Part shown: positions 55,301-64,000 of the stretch, piece after piece
How the letters are laid out: every line of letters starts with the position of its first letter
How positions within the stretch are numbered: position 1 is the stretch's first letter
Assembly (NCBI RefSeq): GCF_000743755.1
Contig: NW_014569529.1
Location: 1 to 64,000 of the forward strand
DNA: 64,000 nt
Reading direction: 5' to 3'
Source of the DNA: Blastocystis sp. subtype 4
Lineage: Eukaryota
Notes under the pieces: model-generated
Database searches by the model: none
What the model was told of the DNA's origin: nothing
Seen by the model: the letters and a program-made list of their open reading frames with translations, nothing else
Program-made: the position numbers and the translations under genes

Positions 55301-58300
55301 GTCAGCCTCGTCTACTTGTGTGATGGTTTCTTCGGAGTTGAATGAAGATCTGGTGACCTTAGTCCATACTTTCAACGGACTTGGCGAGTTCAAGATGTGT
55401 GTGAAGCTGGATGGTGATAATACTCCTTACGTAGTGAGCAATGTGGTGATAACTGTCTTGGCTAGTCATGAGGTGGAGCTAGTGGAGCATACAACGTTCC
55501 CTGTGACGACGATTGAGGAGCGTGATAAACACACTGTGACTATCCACTCCAAGACTGTGCACAAGGATGATAAGGTGAAGTTTGTTAAGGAGAGTTGTGA
55601 TGAGGATGCAGTGGTGTACAGTGTGACTTGTGGAGATTTGAAGGCAAACGTGGAAGCTGTGTTCAGTGAGAAGGTGCCTCAACTTCACGTGTGCTATAAG
55701 TTCCGTAAGCTGTCTGATTATATCATGACAAACTTCACAATTACTCTGTTGTATGTGGAGAGTGTGGAACCTGAGTATGTGATCCGTGAGGTGGATTCTC
55801 TGTTGTGGTTCACAGGTGAGGGTCTGAGCAACGGAAGAGTGCGTTTGGCTAAGAACGATTTGTGCACGGAGAAGGTGAGCGATGAAGCCATTCACGAGAA
55901 TCTGGAGGGTCTGTATGCAGAGATGAATGTGGCTGACATGGATTCTACAGTATACTTGTGTGTGAAGTACAGTGCTTACAATGAGAATTATCACTACACT
56001 GGTCATATTCTGGAGGTGTATGGTCTGGAGGAGGTGTCTGTGAGCAAGTGGTTAGTGAATCTGAGCTTACCTTCTTCCGAGTCCATCAATACTGAAGGAC
56101 TGATTCTCACGGGACGTGGTCTGGATCAGGCAGATGTGAAGCTGGTGCGTTCCAACCGCGACTGCATGGCTCTGGGTACCCTGTTGACTGTGGCCCTGAT
56201 GAATGGTACGGAGTTGAATAAGTTCGTGGCAGAGCCATTCGTGATTGAGCAGCCTGGAGACTACAGATTCTGTGTGCGCTTCGGTGAGAGTCGTTTCGTG
56301 TCGTACGATCACATTCCGTTCACGGTGGAGGCTTATAATGTTGGTATTGAGGACTCGACAGGTTTGGTGTCGTTGGTGAAGGGTGACGAGGATACCAGCA
56401 AGAATGTGACTTTCACTGGTGCTGTGGAGTACTACCGCGAGATGGAAGTGAAGCTGGTGGATGGAGAGAACTGTAACGCTGAGCCTGTGACTAGCATTGA
56501 GGTGAATGTGATGGGACATGTGGCGGAGCTGACGGCAACGTCGGGTCTGGAGTCTCCTCTGCGTTTCTGTGTGAAGACAGAGGATAGCTGGCACTACATG
56601 TCTAGCTTCCAGTTGTATGTGAAGGAGTTAACGGAAGTGGCTCTGGGAGACGAGAAGGATGTGTTGAAGGTGACTGACGGTCGTTATGTTGTGACACTGA
56701 GTGGATTCCATGTGGGAGCTGGTGATATGTTGAAGTATGTCCCTGTGGGAGACGATTGTTCGGTGGCCTCAGTGCTGACCTATGCTATTGGTTCAAGTCA
56801 CAGCGCAGAATTGCTGATTCAGTCAACACTGTCCGAGTCAGCGTATGAGTTGTGCTACAGGTTCAGTGGTGAGAGTGTGTACATGAAGTATCCTAGCAAG
56901 ACACTGAATGTGTATCTCATTGCCTCGATCCAGCCTGACTACATGGTAGCCTATCAGCCAACTGATCTGGTGATCACTGGACTTGGTCGTGCTTTGGGTG
57001 ATAAGCTGTGGTTCGTGTCTGAGGAGTGTGGAGCTGTTCCTGAGGATGCTGTGGAGGTGACTTCTCTGAATAGTGTGACAGTGACGATAACGAATCCTTC
57101 AGTCCAGTACATGTGTTACAACTTCGTTGGCTATGGTACAGTGAAGGTATCTGCTATACCTGTGGTGGTGTACTCGGTGTCTGCCATGTCTCACTCTTCA
57201 TGGCTTAGTAATGTGGCTCTGCCTACAGCAGGCTTCACTACGCCTGAGGGTGTGAATACGGCTCTGGTGTTGACTGGTACTCACTTCAGCTTGGACAACC
57301 GTGTGAAGTTCGTGAAGAGTTCTACAAGTTGCAGTGAGGGAGTATCGACGAACCCGATTCAGATGAACACTGTATCTGTGGATGGTACAAGTGCTACGTT
57401 GATGACGGTGGAGTTCCCAGAGGCTGGTGAGTACTATTTGTGTATTGTCCATCACGTTGCTTCCAATCAGTATGTCCACTATGATCATAAGATCACAGTT
57501 GTGGAGACAGCAATTGATGTGGTGCGTAATGATCCTGTGTTGTTCGTATTGAGCGAGGATCCGATCAGCGACTCTATTACTGTGGAACAGGACTTCCTAT
57601 CGTATGTGGCTACCTCTCAGACAGTATATGCGGTGTGGACGGAGTCTACTTGCGATAACTACGTGATGGAGTTCGAGTCTTCACGCTCAGGATCTTCAGT
57701 AACCGTGAACTCGGTGTTTACACGTGCTTATGGAAGTCTGAATCTGTGTCTGCGTTTGCCTGGTTCTGTCTATGTGCCTTCTCGTATTCGCAAGGTGTTC
57801 AAGGTGTTCACAGTTTTGGAGAGTCCAGTGCCTTTCGTGTCAGAAGCGGTGTCGGATGTGACCTTCACAGTCCAGGGTCAGAACCTGAAGGTGGATGATC
57901 AGGTGGCCTTCGTTGCCTCTTCATCTTGCAGTGGTGTGACAGGAGTGACTCTGAACAGTGGTTCTGTAACAGTTCCTCTGGGTACTGCTGCTTCTTCATA
58001 TCATGTGTGTTACCGTCTGAGTGAGTTTGGTGAGACTTCATCGTTCCATCTGCTACCTGACTTCACGATCGCCATCTATCAGGTTTTGAGTGTGTATCCA
58101 AAGACTTTGGTCCAAGGACAGACCCAGACCTTCTCATTGACCTTGAAGCAAGGTACTTTGCCAGAGGGTGTGATGGTACGTGTGTTATCTGCTTCAGGTT
58201 CATGTACTTCGTTGGCTGCTGGCGTGGATGCGATTATGACATCATCAACGAACTCAGTGGAGATCACTCCTTCGGATACGACTGTGTTTGATGCGGAGAA

Positions 58301-59978
58301 TCAGCTGTGTGTGCGCTTGAGTGAGAACTCGCCGTTCTTCTCGTACTCGGGAATGGGTGTACGCTTCGCTCGTGTGATTCCTGTGGATGAGCCTTTGTTC
58401 TTGCTGACTAGTGTGGAGAGTGAAGTAGTATTCTCTGAGCAGGCTCTGGAGACCGATCGCTTCGTATTTGTCCCTGAGACTGGTGCTTGTCCTTCATCAG
58501 ATATGAATGCTGTGGCTTTCACGTTGAACGATAAGACAGCCTTGTTCACAGTGGCTACTGGCTTTATGAACTACAAGCTTTGCTATAAGTTCACAGACTC
58601 TGTTGGCTACTTCCCTTATGACAACTATGGTGTACATGTCCTGCCTGTAACCGGTGAGACGATGACAGTAGACGAAGTGAAGCATGTGTTCACAACACTG
58701 ACAAATTCTCAGAATATCGTGTCCTATTTGTTGAAGGCTACGACGGTGGATCCTGCAAAGAGTGACAAGGACACTATTACTAACGCTGCTACTGAGATCG
58801 TGTCGCATGATGTGAAGCATTCGAGTAAGATCTTCCAGGTGATGTATGGAATGAACTATGATATCAACTCGTTCGCTTTGAGTGTCATAGCAACAATGGA
58901 TGCTAGCAATGTTACTGATTTCGTGGGATCCTATGCTCAACAGGTGAAGACTGCTTATGATGCTGGTAATGGAGAGCAGCCTCAGACTTTGCTGGTGAGA
59001 TTGTTGACGAGCAATGCAGGTAATACGGAGAAGGTGGAAGCTATTCTGGATGGTTGGCGTCAGATGGCTGAGAGCAGTGATGTGGATCTGTCTACGGGTA
59101 ACACATTCGAATTCAGTGATGGCAGTGAGGTGACACTGGAGACAGGTAACCGTCGGTTGTTGACGGACAGTGGTAGTGATCTGGTGCGTATCAACCGCTT
59201 CGAGTGTGTGATGATCGATACAGATATCACAGAGGGATACTGTTACGAAGTGTTGATCAACGGTAAGGTAGATGGACAACTGTCAAGAGACTACTCATTG
59301 AAGTACCCGAAGCGTGATGCTGATGATGCTGCTTGTGCTTCTAAGAGAGAGATCCAGTCTACTGGTTGGACGATACGCGATGCAGAAGAGGAGAACGACT
59401 GTTCGTTCTCGAATGGAAAGGCAATCCTGACTGGACGAACCTTCGGTGTGGTGACGACATCTCCTAGCAGTCCTGAACCACCTTCTCAGTTGGATACAAC
59501 GGTGTTAACAGTGTTGCTGGTTGTTTCAATGATCATCTTCATCGTTCTCTTCATTGGTCTGGGCTACGCTCTGTGGGTGTACGTGCATCCAGCTGAGCCT
59601 GTGAATATGGAGGAGATGTGGGGAGGCTTCGACGAGGATCGTAAGAAGAATCTGGAGCAGAAGCGTCAGGAGCGTCTGGAGCGCAAACAGAAGTTATTAG
59701 AGATGGAGGCGAACTTCTATTCAAGCGATTCGGATTCGAGCGATGATCAGGGTGGAGAGAATCGGGAGACAATTTATGATGACTTGATGCCACCAGTGGA
59801 TGAGGGATCTGAAGATGAGGAAGACCTTCATGCCAGCTACAATGAGGCTATTCATACTGCGAACGATTCGAGTTTGTATGCCCAGCAAGCTGCCGAGAGT
59901 ACTGACATTGTCCAGGAAGAAGAAATGAGGAAGGAGGAAGACTTGGGCGAAGTTCGTAGCTCTGGTTCTCAGCATTAA
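19371..59978 (+). CDS. Giant (about 13,513 aa) type I transmembrane surface protein: signal peptide, tandem Cys-containing IPT/Ig-like repeats, discoidin/F5-8C-like domains, single TM, acidic tail
   Basis: Exons 19371-19396, 19431-19781 and 19814-59978 total 40,542 nt, in frame. N-terminus MRMDMCYKRFVALLLVLAAVAVSVE is a signal peptide. Uninterrupted 13,393-codon ORF. Hydrophobic helix near the C-terminus. TGTTTGTT motif after the stop. Confidence 0.93.
19397..19430 (+). other. Intron 1 (34 nt) of the giant gene
   Basis: GTGAGT...TGGTAG; joins AG|A (Arg) in frame with the signal peptide. Confidence 0.8.
19782..19813 (+). other. Intron 2 (32 nt) of the giant gene
   Basis: GTAGGG...TTGTAG; joins ORF 19408-19785 to the 13,393-aa ORF (DMAR|FNQAEG). 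Confidence 0.88.
20330..58650 (+). repeat. Degenerate protein-level tandem array of about 90-110 aa beta-sandwich repeats (order of 100 units)
   Basis: Recurring pattern (V/I)-x-P or GxS...K-x-F-x-(V/L)-x-G-x-G-(L/I)-x3-D-x-(V/I)-x-(F/W)-V-x4-6-C...(Y/L)-x-(V/L/M)-C-Y-x-F. Example VTSVTPSVAYLGDETTFNFVGSGLG resembles the IPT/TIG start. No obvious nucleotide-level identity between units. Confidence 0.85.
59502..59585 (+). other. Predicted single transmembrane helix of the giant protein
   Basis: VLTVLLVVSMIIFIVLFIGLGYALWVYV, preceded by a Pro/Ser stalk (SPSSPEPPS). Confidence 0.9.
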
Positions 59979-59997
59979 GGATGATTGAGAGTTGTAT

Positions 59998-60005
59998 TGT
60001 TTGTT
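59998..60005 (+). terminator. TGTTTGTT 3'-end motif of the giant gene
   Basis: Exact motif 19 nt after TAA 59976-59978. Confidence 0.85.
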
Positions 60006-60030
60006 TTGAATCATAGTTATGAGAGTTTAT

Positions 60031-60038
60031 TACAAACA
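60031..60038 (-). terminator. TGTTTGTA variant 3'-end motif of the WS/DGAT gene, inside the genomic ORF end
   Basis: Minus strand ATC TCA T|TCTG TGTTTGTA. Confidence 0.6.
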
Positions 60039-60042
60039 CAGA

Positions 60043-61645
60043 ATGAGATAGATTGTACTAGAGTCTTGAGATCTTCATTGAATGTTTCTAGAATACTATC
60101 TGCCTGTTCCTTTGAGTACAATGCAGCATCTACAGTAATTGTAACCGTAACATGGTCATTGTAACTCATCAAGGTACTGAAAGCATGAAGATCAATAGTA
60201 GGAGGTACGGAGAACACAATCTCCGACACCCGATTCTCCATAATGAATAGAGATGAAGTCGGTCCAGGTACTGTGGACAAGGAGAGAGAAGCCGTTCTCC
60301 TATCGTTCATTCTCTTTCATTCCCTTACGTGAAGTCAATGTAGATAAAGTCTGCCAGACAGCGTGGTTCCACAGATCCTAAGAAGTTCATGAGATTGTTG
60401 ATCACCATCAACTCGGCAGTCGCAAAGCGCTCGTGAATGGTGTTGCGTACTACATCTGCTCGCTCTACAGGATCCACGATGTTCATTGGCATTGGAAGAA
60501 TACATAGTGTGAGGTCTATCATTGAAGACAAGACACATTCCAACCCTTGTTTCCAATCAGTGTCTCTCCCACAGCCACAGGTTCAAATATCTTTGAAATA
60601 GGTTGCATTGTGCCCCATACAAATGCCTATGTAACAAATGAGTGTTCACAAATACATGGACTGGTGTCGTAATGGGTTCAGTGAAATTGCTTGTTCCAAA
60701 CTTGGCAAATGCTCCTGTCAAACATGAGATAAGCACATCATTAACAGTATAACCGGCCTTCTTCAATCGCTTCACTTCGTGAATTGGAGTATCCATTGTT
60801 CGATACACGATGTGCCTCGGGGATTGACTGTTCATCTGGGGAGCGGCTTTCAGCGGATTCTTTTTATCGCGAGATGCAAACAGTGTTTTGAAAAACCACT
60901 TCACCCAACTTCCCGCCAATTGACATTTGGAGATCTTCAGAGCCTTTGATTGAGATTTGGTCTTAATGTTGATATCCGTTTTCATGTCTTGTTTTCCTGT
61001 GTATTTTAGAAGAAGACGCATAATATTCACTCCATCGACGAGTGCATGATGATAACGTAGCAAAAAGCAAGATTTACAACTATCAGACTCAATAACATGA
61101 GGAAATACATGTATTACCCAGGGAACATGACCCATGTCGATTCGATTCTACTGCTAAGGGATGGAATATAATCCCACATTGATTTGTTGCTCAGAAAAGA
61201 CTCGAGCATCTTCGACTGTTACTGGCTGGTTGTGAACAATGAAATGAGCATCCATATCGATGTCTTCTTCCTTTTCCCTACACATGATCTGTAGCTATAA
61301 TAACGACAAGTAACTCCACAGAAGCTTCCGAATAACAAAACGGTGGTTGAATGCCATCTCACTCATGAACCTAAAACTAAGTTACCTATTCATTCTTTAC
61401 GTGTTATTCCACCATTCTCGAAAACTATCGGGGTCCAACTCCTTTTCTAGAAAGAGAATACAATGAACTACAGCTGTTGGACAGAACTTCTCACTTGTTA
61501 AGTAATTCAAGCTGCTTCCATCCACCCATTTGACTCCCTATTGGTGATTCCTGAAACTCGTTCCAACTCTACTACGAATTGCCATAACAGCAATAAGCAA
61601 AATAAGTAAAGCAGCTACCACGATAAGAACAATAGCTGCTGTCAT
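60043..61645 (-). CDS. Wax ester synthase/diacylglycerol O-acyltransferase (WS/DGAT, WSD1-like) with N-terminal membrane anchor, multi-exon
   Basis: Catalytic HHxxxDG (RYHHALVDG), GYTVNDVLISCLTGA, IGNKD...LPMP and SLSTVPGP motifs. MTAAIVLIVVAALLILLIAVMAI anchor. Exons join via about 30-nt introns. The genomic stop is at 60019-60017 if read through. Confidence 0.88.
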
Positions 61646-62022
61646 TAAGAATAATTAATGACTACGAACTCTTAAGAATTCCATGGAAATCGCAATAGCA
61701 TGTAATGATAAACCACTCGGTAGTAGAATACACAACGGCATTCGATGTTGAATTGGTCTGAATGCAATACTATCATTGCTTTCAATGCTTCTTCATTTCC
61801 TACATTCATATTTTGATACCGAGTCTGTAACACCATATGATACTGAAACTAGGTTCGTGGCGTTTATCATTAATTTACTATCATTTTCGCTACGTAGATC
61901 ATTGGAACATATCAAAAATGATTCAGATAGGTTATTGATATAACTCATGTAAACTCATTCTCTCTTTCGTTGTTGATAGATAGCAATATCTATCTTACCA
62001 GCGTGATTAAGGAATCTGCGTC

Positions 62023-63470
62023 ATGGGATCAATGCGTGTTCTAGTTGTTCGGTTATTGTGTGTCTTTGCCTTGTGCCTTTTGCTACTTGGATACTAGTAT
62101 GACTTTTTCTAGACAGCTTTTTTATCTATGTAGTGAATTCTCTGTTCTATTTAAGCCACCACAACGGCCATTAGTAATCCAGGAGCAAAACCTTCGTTTT
62201 GATGTAAGAACTAGATGTATATCTCACGTAAAAGAATAATGTTCAACAGCATCTTGTTTCTACTTCCTCTTTAACTATTGTATCTGTTGGAGAGTACATT
62301 TTCGTAAATTGTGTCTGATCTTTGTAGTATAACTCATTTCAACTATATTTATCAACAAGTTGTGTTTTGGATGGGGTAGAACTGGACTGTTCGATAATAT
62401 TTTAGATCCCTCTCTGTGGTTATTAGCATTAGTAAGAAAGATGAAGAATTATTGAGTTCAATGGTCCAATCGTCTCTTTTCCCAGCTCGAGTGATTGTGA
62501 CCCCATTTGAAAATGAAATGGATTCATTTCCTATTAATACTCTCCGTAATATTGGATACAATACAGTTACTTCAACACATGTTCTTGTGCTCGACCTTGA
62601 CGTGCTCCCTTCTCGTAGGAATCTCCTTATAATTCTAATGAATTAGCGTCACTTTACTCTTCATTTCTTTCCCTTCCCTTATCTGCGTTATCTGATGACA
62701 ATTTGGCTATTGTTTTACCACTATTTGAAATGAACTCCTATTCGATTCCCTGCACCAATTGGTACTCATGCCAAGAGCAGTAAGAATTGATCTGAATTGT
62801 GATTTCCAGATATAGTCATCTTTATGATCTTACGAAATATGACTTGAAGATGGGAATTACGACGGGAGCATGTAAAGAGTTGGGTCATAATGGAGTGAAT
62901 GTAGGACTCTGCACATTCTTTGATGAGTAGCAATATATGAATAGTAAGTGGTATTCTCAACCCATAACGAATCCTCTTGTGCCATATCAATGTTGGGCGA
63001 ACTTACAGCAACAGCCGTAATCTCGGATGCATAACCTCATTTTTAGTTTTGTGATTGTACGACATTCAGCTCAAGTTCCCCTATTTTATGACAAGCTTGT
63101 AGACCATGGAAGGAATCGATTAGAATGGATTAATCATCTTCGTTACCGTGGTTTTCATTTTTCGCTTTTGACCCAATCCTGGCTATATCATTTACGGCAC
63201 AGTTCACAGGAGGTAACAGGATCCAGAGCTTATCAGAATAGCATGATCTTTGAGAATCGTGAATCAGAACTATCTGAAAAGTACCAGGGACACTGGATGC
63301 TTCCTCTGTGCAATATAAAAACTGAAAGTCACTCAAGTCCAAGTAGCATGAGTGTAACTAAAGTTATTGAGAAACCAGGACGTGAGAAAGTGAAGAAGCT
63401 ATCTCGGGACGAAGAGATAGTTCGAAAGTTTGCGAAACGTCGTGAACAGCTCAAAAACAAAAAACACTAA
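62023..63470 (+). CDS. Glycosyltransferase family 49 (LARGE/B4GAT1-like), type II membrane protein, multi-exon
   Basis: MGSMRVLVVRLLCVFALCLLLLGY anchor, WMGSLSVVI, FPINTLRNIG, THVLVLDLDVLPS (DxD), AIVLPLFE, PLFYDKLVDHGRNRLEWINHLRYRGFHFSLL...HLRH. Confidence 0.85.
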
Positions 63471-63474
63471 TGAT

Positions 63475-63492
63475 TGTTTGTTTGAACAAACA
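63475..63492. terminator. Back-to-back TGTTTGTT motifs for the convergent GT49 (+, 63475-63482) and Rab5 (-, 63492-63485) genes
   Basis: TGTTTGTT-TG-AACAAACA. Confidence 0.85.
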
Positions 63493-63533
63493 GGAGATGG
63501 ATAATATCTACAATAATCTCGCAAACAGCCGGT

Positions 63534-64000
63534 TTAACAATCGCATTTCTTTTCCTTCTGCTGAGGAGCAGCAATTACAAACGCGTCCGCTTTCTCTTGT
63601 ACGGGAGCACCCTTTGGAAGCTTGTGGCCGATGGATTCAAAGATCTCACGAACATTCAGAGCCATCTTTGCCGAAGTCTCCATAAACAGAAGATTGTTCT
63701 CCAAAGCATATTCCTCAGCCTCTTCGCGTGAGATCTGACGGTTATCCTCGAGATCGCACTTGTTTCCTGCGAGGGCAATGACAACGTTAGGATCGCCTCT
63801 TCTCTGCAGTTCCTTCACCCAAGACTTGGCTCCATTAAAGGACTCCTATTCTTCACTCCATCTACAAAATCCGTACACGGCTGGTAATATCATATACTAC
63901 AATAGCAGCTCCAGCACCTCTGTAGTACATAGGAGCCAAACTGCGATAACGCTCTATTTGTGAGAGGAGAAATGGAATCATACCCTGACCTGCAGTATCC
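63534..64000 (-). CDS. RAB5: Rab5-family small GTPase, 3' part (5' end outside window)
   Basis: Spliced [63 protein letters not shown]...FMETSAK...[15 protein letters not shown] is Rab5-type, with a CxC prenylation end. Confidence 0.93.

Noticed and set aside
19650..60039. Numerous antisense ORFs over the giant gene (e.g. 22545-24068, 507 aa; 43050-43826; 58497-59279)
   Set aside because: His/Thr/Ile-rich shadows caused by sense codon bias; no recognisable motifs, splice structure or 3'-end signals.

Overview
Compact, intron-rich eukaryotic (protist) DNA. GT-AG introns of about 28-37 nt, intergenic gaps of tens of bases and a TGTTTGTT motif just downstream of most gene ends point strongly to Blastocystis (Stramenopiles); this is inferred from genome style, not from a database hit. 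Left 19 kb: papain-family protease 3' end, a large LRR-like gene, a STEEP1/UPF0235-like gene, SEPSECS, URB2-like, UTP12/WDR3, a Mis12-like kinetochore gene missed by the ORF track, and a hypothetical gene. Positions 19371-59978 hold one giant gene of about 13,513 aa, with two tiny 5' introns followed by a single 40,165-nt exon. It encodes a predicted type I membrane protein: signal peptide, roughly 100 Cys-containing IPT/Ig-like repeats, about 9 discoidin/F5-8C-like domains mostly inserted inside repeats, recurrent RRL[DE] motifs, a possible degenerate GAIN/GPS-like module, one TM helix and an acidic tail. It is a candidate giant surface-coat adhesin/lectin. Right end: WS/DGAT acyltransferase, GT49 glycosyltransferase and a Rab5 3' part. 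Two genes appear to get their stop codon from polyadenylation. Gene models were spliced by eye and domain calls are by motif recognition only.
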